A stretch of DNA of 20,398 nucleotides from Chthonomonadales bacterium (lineage in GTDB: Bacteria; Armatimonadota; Chthonomonadetes; Chthonomonadales; Chthonomonadaceae): positions 1-20,398 of the forward strand of contig JBBQPO010000087.1 in assembly GCA_038217285.1 (NCBI GenBank), written 5' to 3'. The stretch's first letter is position 1, and the number at the start of each line of letters is the position of its first letter. Below, piece after piece: positions 9,093-18,858 of the stretch. The notes beneath the pieces were generated by a model. It ran no database searches. It worked only from the letters and a program-made list of their open reading frames with translations, and was not told the DNA's origin. The translations under genes were made by a program, and so were the position numbers.

Positions 9093-9219
9093 GAGCAACC
9101 TCCTTTGACAACTCTCTTCAGGAGAGAGTCGCCAATTGAATTGACCGTCAGGATACATTATACTTGGCATATGTGTCTACTTGTCAACCGAAATTCCAAA
9201 CCGGGCCAGGATCATTGAG

Positions 9220-12200
9220 CTAGTGCTTCATGACGAAACGGACGGCGCTCAGCCCGAAGACGTTGCCGCCATAGTTTCCGTCTACCGCCTCGGCCGCGAT
9301 GATGACCGACTTGAACGTGTGCTCCGCGAGGTCGTTCAAGACGCTCGTCGGCTCGGCCAGAGCCGAGCCATCGGCCGGGGGCAGATCGATGGTGGGGGTT
9401 GGGGTGAGCGGACGCCAGGTGGTTCCGTCCGAAGAACAGTAGATCCGCACCTTGTGGAAGCCACGGTCGGTATATTTCTGCTGATTGAGGTTCCAGATCA
9501 GAAGCGCTTCGATCTCCTGCGGCTGCGCGAAATCGAATCGCACCCACGCGGGCGAAGGGGCGAGTCCGGCAACGGGAGGCTGAGCGGCAGGACGGTCGGG
9601 CGTGTGCCACATCGTCCGCGCGGCATAGTCGTTGTCGTGCAGGGTGCCCAGCATTCCCGCGCCGTCCACGAGATGCACAGCGGCCTGCTCCTGACTCCAG
9701 ATACCGGAGGAGGTGATGGTGATCGCCCGTGCCGGGACGACGTGCGTCAGGCGAGGAGCCACGAAATGGACGGCGCTCAGGCCGTAATAGCTGCTGCCAT
9801 AGTTGCCGTTGGTCGCCTCCGCCGCGATGATGACGGCCTTGAGCGGGCGTCTGGCCATCTCGTTGGGAATAGTCATCGGCAGCACCGAAACCGTGCCGGG
9901 CATGCGCGGCAGTTCGATGACCGGCGAGGCCGTCAGCGGAATCCAGGTCGTGCCGTCGGTGGTGCCATAGATCCGGGTCTTTCGGAAGCCGCGATCGGTG
10001 TAGTTCATCTGGTTGTGATTCCAGATCTGGATCGACTCGAACTTCATCGGCTGCGCGAAATCGAAGCGCACCCAGGCGGGCGAAGCGGCGAGGCCCGGCG
10101 CTGGCGGGCGAGGGGCGGGACGTTCGGAGGTATGCCACATCGAGTTGGAGGGGGCGTCGTTGTCGTGGAGGGCGCCCCACATGTCCCACCCGTCCACCAG
10201 ATGCCGCGGCACCCGGCCCTGACCATACTCGCTCGACGCGGTGACGGTGATCTGATCCGCCGGAATGGAAGGAGAGAGGTATCCCAGGAGGCAGGCCGCA
10301 GGCACGTCTCCCTGGCGCGCCGCACGGCCGAAGAACTGCTGCGCCTTCGTGTCGCTCGCCATCACACCGTCCCCGTCCCGATAGCGTTGGCCCATGCGTA
10401 ACTGCCCGAACGCATCGTTTTGGGAGGCCCGTTTCAGATCATAGTCGGCGTTGTCCGCTTTAGGATCGGGAGGCAGGGCGACGAACTTCTCGTCGTAAGC
10501 CGCAATGTCGTAGGCGTTTATGCCGGGTGCGGTCTTCAGGAACTCGTGGACACGGCGCATCTCCTCCACTTTCTGCGGGGTGGGATGAGTGAGGAGGGCG
10601 TAGGGCGTTAGGAACTGCGCCACCGTGCGCCAGTACTGGTCGGCGGCTCCGCCCTGCCCGTGCATCTCCGCAGACGTACTGCCCGAGCCAAGAAGCCCCG
10701 GCTTCCCGGTCCTCGCGGCCTCGACCAGCGTCATGCCCAGCATAGGGTCGGGATTCTGTTCGGCGAGTCGGTACCATAGCTCCGGGTTGAACGGGTTGAA
10801 CAGCAGCGCATAGCGGAGGAGTTTGACGCCCAGGGTAGGTTTGTCTTCGGCGGGCAGCGCCTTGAAAATATTTGCCGCCAGACGGGTGTCCATATAAGAC
10901 TTCATGCCGAGGTTCATCGCGAGGGGGAGGCCGAGATGGTACTCCGCGCCCGCCCAGAAGTAGAGATCTCGAAAGCGGATCTGCGTGCCCGGATCCTCGT
11001 CGAAGTACCACTGTGCCGTCGTCACGTCCGGCCCGCCGGCGAAGGCCTGCTCGATCTCCGCCGTCCAGGCTCCGCCAACGTATTGGAACACGATGAGGTT
11101 GGCATGGCCCGGCTGACCGGCCCACATCGCGGGCTTGTTCAACGAGGAGTAGAGATCGACGGTACCCTTGGAGATGGGAACGCACATGCCGCCATGCACG
11201 ATGCGGTCCGGCCATGCGTCCCAGAACCAGCGGGAGGGTTTTAGTGAATCGGGCATGACGTCGTCATCGCCCCGATAGGGGCCATAGGTGTGGTAGCGGT
11301 CGTCCCCGTGCAGACCCTGGAACGCCTCCCAGACGTAGTCCGCCTCGCTCAGCGGAACGGCATGCGCCAGCGGCATGAGCAGCGGCCAGGGCGCGGTATC
11401 GATGGGAAACAGTGGCCACGACATCTGGTTCGGCGTGGAGGCGGGTTTGGCTTCATGGATCGCGGCGAGGTGGCGCATCCAGGCGACGGCGGTTGGCTTG
11501 GGATCGCGCGCCCCCGGTCGCTGGCCGAGAACGACCATCGCGGCCTTGAGCCGCTCCCCGAACTGGACCGATTTCCGGACTTCGTTAATGAAGCCGATAG
11601 GAACGCCCTGCTGCGCGAGGACCGTCTTCAGATGCTCCTGGATGGAGACGTTCGCATAGAGGTTGGCGGCGGTCACCTGCGACTGCGTCATGAAGGCGGC
11701 GAGTCGGCGTATATAGTCCTTCTCCGGCTCGGAGCCGGGGTTCCAGAGCGATTCATCCGTCCAGAACCCGATCTGATAGTCGCGTCCGATATCTTTGTTG
11801 GCGGGATCCTTGCTGTTTTCGACCCCTTTGATTCTTCTGGACACGGCGACCGCGACGACCAGCGAGCGATATTTCGCCACAAACGGATCTCCCAGTTGGG
11901 CGCGGAGCAGCGCATAGTTCTGCAAAATACTGGGGTCCGGCGGATAGACGCTGCCGAAGATCGCGTCCCGCAGAGTGCCGTTTTGCCGAACTTCCGTGAG
12001 GCATAATTCCGGCACGACCTGACTGCCGTCGCGCAGCTCTTGCAGGACGGTCTTTTCCGCCCAGGCCAGATAGGCGTTCCGCACCTCCAGCGTCAGCTTC
12101 CCGTCCGCGCTCTTCAGCACCGGGCCGACCGTGGCGTAACACGTCTTGCTCACGGTGGCGGGATCCGGTATCGCTCGTGTCATCGGCCCCGCGACTGCCG

Positions 12201-12258
12201 CCGAGGAAATCCCAAGTCCCACAAGAAATACAAAAATGACGAGGTTCGGTCGAGGCAT
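9220..12258 (-). CDS. Large secreted protein: transglutaminase-like Cys/His region, Sel1-like repeat, two discoidin (F5/8 type C)-like domains
   Basis: Signal peptide (AVA|G), HGGMC...QPGHA motif, Sel1-like GQLRMGQRYRDGDGV...AQQFFGRAARQGD, and two AWVRFDFAQP...IWN.NQ...TDRGF...DGTTW...GLSAV.F domains. RBS AGGAG. Confidence 0.8.
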   Translation of the reverse strand: MPRPNLVIFVFLVGLGISSAAVAGPMTRAIPDPATVSKTCYATVGPVLKSADGKLTLEVRNAYLAWAEKTVLQELRDGSQVVPELCLTEVRQNGTLRDAIFGSVYPPDPSILQNYALLRAQLGDPFVAKYRSLVVAVAVSRRIKGVENSKDPANKDIGRDYQIGFWTDESLWNPGSEPEKDYIRRLAAFMTQSQVTAANLYANVSIQEHLKTVLAQQGVPIGFINEVRKSVQFGERLKAAMVVLGQRPGARDPKPTAVAWMRHLAAIHEAKPASTPNQMSWPLFPIDTAPWPLLMPLAHAVPLSEADYVWEAFQGLHGDDRYHTYGPYRGDDDVMPDSLKPSRWFWDAWPDRIVHGGMCVPISKGTVDLYSSLNKPAMWAGQPGHANLIVFQYVGGAWTAEIEQAFAGGPDVTTAQWYFDEDPGTQIRFRDLYFWAGAEYHLGLPLAMNLGMKSYMDTRLAANIFKALPAEDKPTLGVKLLRYALLFNPFNPELWYRLAEQNPDPMLGMTLVEAARTGKPGLLGSGSTSAEMHGQGGAADQYWRTVAQFLTPYALLTHPTPQKVEEMRRVHEFLKTAPGINAYDIAAYDEKFVALPPDPKADNADYDLKRASQNDAFGQLRMGQRYRDGDGVMASDTKAQQFFGRAARQGDVPAACLLGYLSPSIPADQITVTASSEYGQGRVPRHLVDGWDMWGALHDNDAPSNSMWHTSERPAPRPPAPGLAASPAWVRFDFAQPMKFESIQIWNHNQMNYTDRGFRKTRIYGTTDGTTWIPLTASPVIELPRMPGTVSVLPMTIPNEMARRPLKAVIIAAEATNGNYGSSYYGLSAVHFVAPRLTHVVPARAITITSSGIWSQEQAAVHLVDGAGMLGTLHDNDYAARTMWHTPDRPAAQPPVAGLAPSPAWVRFDFAQPQEIEALLIWNLNQQKYTDRGFHKVRIYCSSDGTTWRPLTPTPTIDLPPADGSALAEPTSVLNDLAEHTFKSVIIAAEAVDGNYGGNVFGLSAVRFVMKH
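9232..10266 (-). repeat. Tandem duplication of a ~169-aa discoidin-like domain (10266-9760 and 9738-9232)
   Basis: Shared HLVDG..M.G.LHDND, MWHT, SPAWVRFDFAQP, YTDRGF, VIIAAEA..GNYG and GLSAV motifs; similarity is also visible at DNA level. Confidence 0.9.
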
Positions 12259-12527
12259 GAGATTCTCTCCTGCGGTAAGCAGATTGATATCGAATCAGAA
12301 TGTTCACGTGATCGCCAGGTCCGACTGCAGCGAGACCCTGGATTCTACCCCACCTAGCTGCCAATTGGACGAAAAAGAGCTGTGTAGGTTACAGAGACGG
12401 GGTGCAGGGGTGGTTTGTCATCGCATGATTGGCAGCGGTCAGGCAAAAGGCCAGTGACCGTTCGGGAAGGATTTAGGGAGGCGAGAGCGAATAGAGTCCT
12501 ATTCTGAACCCGATTAGGAAACGCTGC

Positions 12528-14744
12528 ATGGAACGTGATCTACAAGATATCAAGGAGGAGGTTCGCGCCCGGACGGACATCGTCGAGATCATCAGCGGCT
12601 ACACGCAGTTGAAGCGCTCGGGCAAAAACTGGACCGGACTCTGCCCTTTTCATGCCGACAAAAATCCTTCGTTCAGCGTCAGTCCAAGCACACAGAGTTA
12701 TCGGTGCTGGTCGTGTGGGAAAAAGGGAGATGTCTTTACCTTCGTCCAGGAGAAGCAGAATCTCGACTTCATGGAGGCGTTGGAGGATTTGGCGAAGCGG
12801 GCCGGAGTCGCTTTCGAGCGTAAGGGACACAACCCTCAGATCGCCAGCGAGCGGGAACAGATGCGGGAACTCAACCGGCTCGCCATCGAATTTTTTCAAG
12901 ACCGTTTGAGCGTCAGTGACGAGGCGCGGGACTATCTCGCGAAGCGGGCCATTCTCAAGCCGACACAGGATCAGTTCGAGATCGGTTTCGCGGCGAACGA
13001 GTGGGAGGGACTGACATTCTTCCTGCAGCGCCGCCGCGCCGACCTCACCCTGGCCGCGAAAATCGGGCTGATCAAGACCAGGGAAAAGGAGCGAGGCGGC
13101 GGCTACTACGACACCTACCGGCACCGCGTGATATTTCCCATCCACGATGTGCAGGGCGATGTGGTCGGGTTCGGCGGACGGGCGATGAACCCGGACGACA
13201 AAGCGAAGTATATCAACTCCGAACAGTCCGCCATCTTCGACAAATCGAAAACGCTGTACGGGCTTTTCTTCGCCAAAGGCCATTTGAGCGAGGAGCGGCC
13301 TCCCGTCTTCGTCGAAGGTTATGTCGATGTGATCACCGCCCATCAGGCAGGTTTCCCGCAGTGCGTCGCGACGCTTGGGACTTCGATGACGGAAGAGCAC
13401 GCCCAGATTCTGACACGCTACAGCAAGCGCCTCTTGATCTGTTACGACGCGGACACCGCCGGCATCAACGCGACCCTGCGAGTCGCAAGCGTGTGCGAGG
13501 GGCTGGGGATCAAAGGCGCGGAGGTCCGGGTAGCGCGCCTGCCGGTCGGGGAGGATCCGGATTCGCTGTTGAAGCGCGGAGACACGGCGGCGTTTCAGAA
13601 GGCTCTCGACACGGCCGTTGCGCGCGTCGATTTCCAGATCGAGATCACGTTGCGCCGTCATGATCTTAAGACGGATGCGGGGAAAGAGGAGGCGCTCGCC
13701 GAAGTCATCCCTATTCTGGCCTCGATACGCTCGCTGACTCAGCGAGATCGCCACGCGCAGAACCTCGCCTATCTCCACCCCTCCTCCCAGTACAACCTCG
13801 CTCGCGCTATCGAGGCGATTCTGGGCGATGTCGCGATGTATGCCAGCCAGTCTGATGGCGCACGCTCGCCTCGGGATCGCGGCTATCCCCGCACGGGCGA
13901 GGCCAACGGCGCGCCACTTAATGAACAGCCTCCGCCTCCCAGCTATCGCCCCGCCTCCCGCGAACGCTGGGGGCAGTTCGACCCCGGCACCCGCCACTTC
14001 GTTCGCAAGGGCGACGGGAACGGTTTCGACCAGGGGCAGGGCGGCTATGGACGCGGCGGCGACTACGGCGGAAAATCCGGGGGAGGTTACGGCCGAGGCA
14101 AAGACCGCTATCCGCCCCGGCCGCAGAGCGACCCTACCCCACCGCCCCTGCAGACCCCGGCCCTGAGCGGAGCGCAGAAGGCGGAGCGGACGCTACTGCG
14201 CGCCCTGCTCACCCCCGAGATACGTTCCCATCTGCTGGCCCAGCTTGATCCCACCTTGCTGTTGACCCCTCAGGGGCGCGGCCTTTTCGCCTATGTGGCG
14301 CGCACGCCCGCCAACGAAGAGGGGGGCATCGATTCGCTCCCCTTGCTGCGCCATATCGAGAGGGAAGAGGAGGCTGCAGACACGGAGAAGGAATCTGCCG
14401 AAAAAAAAGGAAATAGGGAGACAGAAGGCGAAACTGTGGTGCAAGAGTCAGGGACACGCGGTCGATCCGCAAAAATCTCGGAATATCTGCGCGAACTCTT
14501 AGAGGATTCTCTCTCCGTGATGTCGAACGAACCGCTCAATGAGGTGGTGGTCGCCGACTGTATTCGGCGGCTCGAAAAATATCGGGCGGATCAGGTCAAT
14601 CGCGATCTGGCGGAGCTGGTGCACCGTCCTGACCTGACACCTGAACAGCAAACAGCATTCATCGAACAGTATCACCAAACAATGCGCCAGAGGCGGGGAA
14701 CCCCCCCGGCTGATAGCGGCACACCGGATCAGGGGTCGCTGTAG
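12528..14744 (+). CDS. dnaG: DNA primase
   Basis: CHC2 zinc finger CPFH...CWSC, FGGR, KYINS, TOPRIM motifs VEGYVDV and [12 protein letters not shown]. Lies directly upstream of rpoD. Confidence 0.97.
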   Translation: MERDLQDIKEEVRARTDIVEIISGYTQLKRSGKNWTGLCPFHADKNPSFSVSPSTQSYRCWSCGKKGDVFTFVQEKQNLDFMEALEDLAKRAGVAFERKGHNPQIASEREQMRELNRLAIEFFQDRLSVSDEARDYLAKRAILKPTQDQFEIGFAANEWEGLTFFLQRRRADLTLAAKIGLIKTREKERGGGYYDTYRHRVIFPIHDVQGDVVGFGGRAMNPDDKAKYINSEQSAIFDKSKTLYGLFFAKGHLSEERPPVFVEGYVDVITAHQAGFPQCVATLGTSMTEEHAQILTRYSKRLLICYDADTAGINATLRVASVCEGLGIKGAEVRVARLPVGEDPDSLLKRGDTAAFQKALDTAVARVDFQIEITLRRHDLKTDAGKEEALAEVIPILASIRSLTQRDRHAQNLAYLHPSSQYNLARAIEAILGDVAMYASQSDGARSPRDRGYPRTGEANGAPLNEQPPPPSYRPASRERWGQFDPGTRHFVRKGDGNGFDQGQGGYGRGGDYGGKSGGGYGRGKDRYPPRPQSDPTPPPLQTPALSGAQKAERTLLRALLTPEIRSHLLAQLDPTLLLTPQGRGLFAYVARTPANEEGGIDSLPLLRHIEREEEAADTEKESAEKKGNRETEGETVVQESGTRGRSAKISEYLRELLEDSLSVMSNEPLNEVVVADCIRRLEKYRADQVNRDLAELVHRPDLTPEQQTAFIEQYHQTMRQRRGTPPADSGTPDQGSL

Positions 14745-14782
14745 GTTTACCCGTACCAGAGCGCCGAAGGAGAGTGATAAGC

Positions 14783-15940
14783 GTGGGAATGACCAGCGTA
14801 GCCGCCGATGCGGCCCGGGGAGCGAACGAACTCCAGCGTCTGCTCGATCAGGGTAGAGATCGCGGGTTCCTCACCTACGATGAGATTCGCGACAGCCTGT
14901 GTCGCGATGAGGCCGAAAACGGCGCTCAGGATGATCTGATGGAGCTTTTTGCGCACGAAGGCATCGAGGTCATCCACAAGGTCATTCCCGGCAAAGATTT
15001 CGCGGTGCCATTGCACGTGGAAGAGCTGGTCACGGAAGTCGCGGCGCGTGAGGTCGAAGAGGAAGACATCAGTGTCGTCGAAGGCGTCGTTCTCGATGAC
15101 TCGGTGCGGGCCTGGCTGCGCGAAATCGGCAAGACACCGCTGCTCACGTTGGATGAGGAGATCACCCTGGCCCGACGGATCGAGCGCGAAACCGAGAACC
15201 CCTATCTCGCCAAACGGGCGAAAGATACGCTGACAAAGGCCAATCTGCGCCTCGTCGTCTCCATCGCCAAACGCTACAGTGGCCGCGGGATGTCGTTTCC
15301 GGATCTGATCCAAGAAGGCAACATCGGCCTCATCCGCGCCGTCGAGAAGTTCGATCACCGCAAAGGCAACAAGTTCAGCACCTATGCCACCTGGTGGATC
15401 CGACAGGCCATCACCCGCGCCATCGCCGATCAGGGCCGCACCATCCGTATCCCCGTCCACATGGTCGAAACCATCAACCGCCTCGTCAAAACCTCCTCTC
15501 AACTGCTGCAAGAAAACGGGCGCGAACCCACCCTGGATGAACTGGCCCGCGCGCTCGACCTGCCAGTCGAGCGTGTCTCGGAGATCATCCGCGTCGCTCC
15601 CGAACCCCTCTCGCTGGAGACCCCCATCGGCGAAGAGGAAGACAGCCATCTGGCCGATTTCGTGGAAGACCAGGACGCCCTCTCTCCGGCCGAAGCCGCC
15701 TCCCATCTGATCCTGCGCGAAAAGATACAGGACGCGCTGAACTATCTCACCGCCCGCGAGCGCGAAGTCCTGATGATGCGTTTCGGACTGGAAGACGGCT
15801 GCCAGAAGACGCTCGAAGAGGTTGGCAGGCATTTCCGCGTCACCCGCGAGCGCATCCGCCAGATCGAGGCCAAAGCCCTCAAGAAACTCCGCACCCCCCG
15901 CTGCAGCCGCCATCTGCGCGCCTGCCTCGAATGGCAGTAA
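14783..15940 (+). CDS. rpoD: RNA polymerase primary sigma-70 factor
   Basis: Region 1.2 [79 protein letters not shown]...[13 protein letters not shown] 14783 or ATG 14789 fits the AAGGAG RBS better than 14774. Confidence 0.96.
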   Translation: MGMTSVAADAARGANELQRLLDQGRDRGFLTYDEIRDSLCRDEAENGAQDDLMELFAHEGIEVIHKVIPGKDFAVPLHVEELVTEVAAREVEEEDISVVEGVVLDDSVRAWLREIGKTPLLTLDEEITLARRIERETENPYLAKRAKDTLTKANLRLVVSIAKRYSGRGMSFPDLIQEGNIGLIRAVEKFDHRKGNKFSTYATWWIRQAITRAIADQGRTIRIPVHMVETINRLVKTSSQLLQENGREPTLDELARALDLPVERVSEIIRVAPEPLSLETPIGEEEDSHLADFVEDQDALSPAEAASHLILREKIQDALNYLTAREREVLMMRFGLEDGCQKTLEEVGRHFRVTRERIRQIEAKALKKLRTPRCSRHLRACLEWQ

Positions 15941-15972
15941 ATTACGCACTCTTTCTTCCTATAAACGATGTA

Positions 15973-16004
15973 AAGTCGCCTCCTGTTCCGACAGGAGGCG
16001 ACTT
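15973..16004. terminator. Perfect 14-bp hairpin between convergent rpoD and ABC-F genes
   Basis: AAGTCGCCTCCTGT-TCCG-ACAGGAGGCGACTT. Confidence 0.8.
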
Positions 16005-16064
16005 ACGTTTGGCAGTAGAAACGAAAGCAAAGGCATCAGGGCACCTCAGCGCGCGTTGGCTTTC

Positions 16065-17891
16065 TCAGGCACGGGTCGCGCTGCGGCGGGTTTCGAGGTC
16101 TTCCCAGCGCGTGTAGAGGCGGACGACGTCCTCCACGGCGGCATGAACGGCGTCGGTCGCCTCCTGCATCTTCTTATGGTTGGCGGCGACAGCAGGATCG
16201 CTAAAACGAGCCTGTCGTTCCTCGACCTGCGCCTCCGCCTTCATGATGGCCGCTTCTATCTCATTGAGTTCGCGCATCTCGGCTGTGGAAAGACGCCGAA
16301 GCGGGGCCGTTGCTGCCGGTTTGGGAGCGGTTTTGGGATCGGCTTTGCGCGTGGGCGTCGTGGTTGCGGCCTGCCGTTCGCGCTCGGTGCGCTCCCACTG
16401 CGAATAGTCGGCGTAGTAAGCGCCGTGTCCATTGCCGTCCAGCGCCAGCAGTTCGTCGGAGACGGCATCGAGCAGATACCGGTCGTGGGTGACCAGCACC
16501 AGCGCGCCCGGAAATTCGTTCAGACTATCCTCCAGCACGGTCATCGTCGGGATGTCGAGGTCGTTGGTCGGTTCGTCGAGAATGAGGATGTCCGCCGGCT
16601 GCAGCATCAAGTTGGCGATCAGAATACGCGCCTGTTCCCCACCGGAGAGGCTTCCGACCGACATCTCCAGCCGCTCGGTCGAGAAGAGAAAGCGCCGAGC
16701 CCAGGCCGCGACATGCATCGAGCCGCCCTGAAAGCGCACGGTATCTCCGTTCGGACAGAGGGCGGTGCGCAGAGAGATCGACTTATCGAGCTGATCGCGG
16801 TTCTGATCGAAATAGACCACGCGCAGATCGTCGGCGCGGCGAATCGTGCCCGCGTCCGGCTCGATCCCGCCGGTCAGCAGGCGCAGCAGGGTGGTCTTGC
16901 CGCTGCCGTTCGACCCAAGCAGGCCGAGCCGCGAACCCGGTGAGAGGGAGAGGTTCAAGTGCTGAAACAGCGTGCGCCCGCCGAGGGTCTTCGCGACGTC
17001 CCGCGCCACAAGCAGTTCCTTCGTCTTGCGCTCCGTGCCGCTGAAGTCGATGGCCGCCGTGCGATCCGTGGCGTTGCGCCCCCGCACATCCGACAGCTCT
17101 CCGATCAGATTGTGCGCGGCCTGGATTCGGTAGTCGGCTTTGGTGGTGCGGGCCTGGGGGCCGCGTCGCAGCCACTCGACTTCCCGCTTAACCTGGTGCT
17201 CCAGCGCGTGCTGCTTGTGGGCCTGCGCCGTCAGGAAATCCTCCCGCCGGGTCAGAAAGTCGCTGTAGTTTCCGTTGACGCTCAGATACCCTTCCGGATA
17301 GGAGCGGTCAAGCTCGATGACGCGGTTGGTGACGTTTTGGAGGAAGTAGCGGTCGTGACTGACGAGGACGAAGCCGAAATCGGCCCGTTTCAGCAGATCC
17401 TCCAGCCAGAGGACGCCTTCGAGGTCGAGGTGGTTGGTCGGCTCATCGAGCAGGAGCAGATCGGGCCGCTGAACCATCGCCTGGGCCAGTGCCAGACGTT
17501 TGCGCCAGCCTCCGGAGAGCGTCTCGACACGCTGCGTATCGTCCGCAAAGCCGACGTTCTCCAGCACCATCGTCTTCCGCGCCGTGCGTTCGTACGCTTC
17601 CAGTGGCAGTGTGGCGAGGGTCGCGTCCAGCACATCCCCCACCGTCTGCCCCGCCGGAAACGTCTCCTCCTGCGGCAGAAAGACCATGCGAAGATCGCGG
17701 CGGCGCGACACTTGGCCGCTGTCAGGGCGCTCTTCACCCGCCAGAATACGCAGCAAGGTGGACTTCCCGGAGCCGTTTGGCCCGATGAGTCCCAGGCGTT
17801 CGCCCTCCTCGATACCGAGCGTAATGTCCACAAAAAGCGGACGGTGACTGTACGATTTTCCAATCGTTTGACAACTAAGAAGCAATGACAT
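16065..17891 (-). CDS. uup: ABC-F family ATPase, Uup-like
   Basis: Two NBDs (GPNGSGKST, LSGGW, LLLDEPTNHLD; GSNGSGKTT, LSGGE, ILDEPTNDLD), inter-domain linker WLRRGPQARTTK, C-terminal coiled coil ending RWEDLE. No transmembrane segments. Confidence 0.9.
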   Translation of the reverse strand: MSLLLSCQTIGKSYSHRPLFVDITLGIEEGERLGLIGPNGSGKSTLLRILAGEERPDSGQVSRRRDLRMVFLPQEETFPAGQTVGDVLDATLATLPLEAYERTARKTMVLENVGFADDTQRVETLSGGWRKRLALAQAMVQRPDLLLLDEPTNHLDLEGVLWLEDLLKRADFGFVLVSHDRYFLQNVTNRVIELDRSYPEGYLSVNGNYSDFLTRREDFLTAQAHKQHALEHQVKREVEWLRRGPQARTTKADYRIQAAHNLIGELSDVRGRNATDRTAAIDFSGTERKTKELLVARDVAKTLGGRTLFQHLNLSLSPGSRLGLLGSNGSGKTTLLRLLTGGIEPDAGTIRRADDLRVVYFDQNRDQLDKSISLRTALCPNGDTVRFQGGSMHVAAWARRFLFSTERLEMSVGSLSGGEQARILIANLMLQPADILILDEPTNDLDIPTMTVLEDSLNEFPGALVLVTHDRYLLDAVSDELLALDGNGHGAYYADYSQWERTERERQAATTTPTRKADPKTAPKPAATAPLRRLSTAEMRELNEIEAAIMKAEAQVEERQARFSDPAVAANHKKMQEATDAVHAAVEDVVRLYTRWEDLETRRSATRA

Positions 17892-17951
17892 ACGAAGAGT
17901 TTACCCTATTACCGCTGCTGTGCGGAGAAAAAAGAAGCCAGGTGAGTCACG

Positions 17952-17978
17952 AAAAGGCGGAAGCTGCATGCTTCCGCC
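17952..17978 (-). terminator. Intrinsic terminator of the small secreted protein gene
   Basis: GGCGGAAGC-5 nt-GCTTCCGCC stem, followed on the minus strand by TTTT. Confidence 0.65.
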
Positions 17979-18029
17979 CGTCCTCGGAACCGTCTGAGCG
18001 CCACCTGAGGAGCCGCTCACATTACCGGA

Positions 18030-18353
18030 TTACTTCTTGTTCTTGCCGGTGTCCTTGGCCATCTTGCGCGCCGCGACACCCGTCGCAATGCCCGTCATCA
18101 TGGGATGCCGTTGTGCAAAGTTCTTTTTTCGACCCGCCCTGTCACGATTCTTGCCAGTCCTCTTGGCGATCTTGTAGGCCGCGACTCCGGCCACGATGCC
18201 GGTCGCGTTCGGATGCCGTTGCGCGAAGTTTTTCTTTTTGACTACGGTCGTGCCGGTCTGTGCCAGCGCCCCGATCGGCAGAGTGATGGCTCCCGCCGCG
18301 AACACGAACATGAGCATGCAGGCCCAAATTTTGAGCCAGGTGGTCTTCATCAT
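18030..18353 (-). CDS. Small secreted cationic protein with two 31-aa repeats
   Basis: GGAG RBS 8 nt before ATG 18353, signal peptide ending ALA|Q, repeats KKKNFAQRHPNATGIVAGVAAYKIAKRTGKN and RKKNFAQRHPMMTGIATGVAARKMAKDTGKN. Confidence 0.8.
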   Translation of the reverse strand: MMKTTWLKIWACMLMFVFAAGAITLPIGALAQTGTTVVKKKNFAQRHPNATGIVAGVAAYKIAKRTGKNRDRAGRKKNFAQRHPMMTGIATGVAARKMAKDTGKNKK

Positions 18354-18580
18354 CGTTTTGTCTCCATGAAAGGTTACGTAGTGCGGAGCTTGCGCGCTCT
18401 TCGCTGTAGGAAGTCGAATTGAGCTCCTCCCCCCGTCATTACGGGGTAAAAGGAGCGGGCGTTTCAGCACCCAGTTCCGACGGTACCGCGCAATGTTCTA
18501 TTCTCCTCCGACCGCGCTTATTCCTGCGCAAAGCGGCGCGTTTGCGGCCGGCATGCCGTCTTCGGGAACACCAAGAGGCT

Positions 18581-18678
18581 CGTTTTGTACCGAGGAGAGG
18601 ACGGCATAGCCTTCGGCGGTCAAGGGGTTAGCACCCCTCGCTACGCGCCTTCGGCGGATCGTCCTCGCGGACGAAACG
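18581..18678 (-). repeat. REP-like nested palindromic element with a GTAG-footed hairpin
   Basis: Minus-strand GTAG-CGAGGGGT-GCTA-ACCCCTTG (18644-18621) is flanked by two GCC-GAA-GGC mini-hairpins and enclosed by the imperfect inverted repeat CGTTTTGTACCGAGGA / TCCTCGCGGACGAAACG. Confidence 0.55.
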
Positions 18679-18727
18679 TGCGAACACAACTAGACTTCCA
18701 CCGAACAAGTTGATTAAAGGGCTGGGC

Positions 18728-18784
18728 GTCCGCGAAGGCGGACCTTCGGCCACAGGCCCTAGCAAAGGAATTTATTCCATTGCT
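18728..18784 (+). repeat. Second REP-like two-hairpin element
   Basis: GTCCGC-GAAG-GCGGAC hairpin, a spacer, then CTAG-CAAAGGAAT-TT-ATTCCATTG hairpin (degenerate GTAG foot). Confidence 0.45.
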
Positions 18785-18858
18785 TTCTCCAGGTCCTCGG
18801 GTGCCAAGACGCCCTCGCTATACGATACCAACAACACAAAACAGAGGAGTTTAAGACA

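Noticed and set aside
9181-10401. 406-aa plus-strand ORF with internal repeat
   Set aside because: It mirrors the duplicated discoidin domains on the opposite strand.
12540-15949. Long minus-strand ORFs (485 aa and 400 aa) opposite dnaG and rpoD
   Set aside because: Antisense shadows caused by codon bias of conserved genes.
18609-18656. C(UUCG)G RNA tetraloops indicating an ncRNA
   Set aside because: The pairing register is GCC-TTC-GGC (a triloop, GAA on the other strand), which fits ssDNA REP hairpins better.
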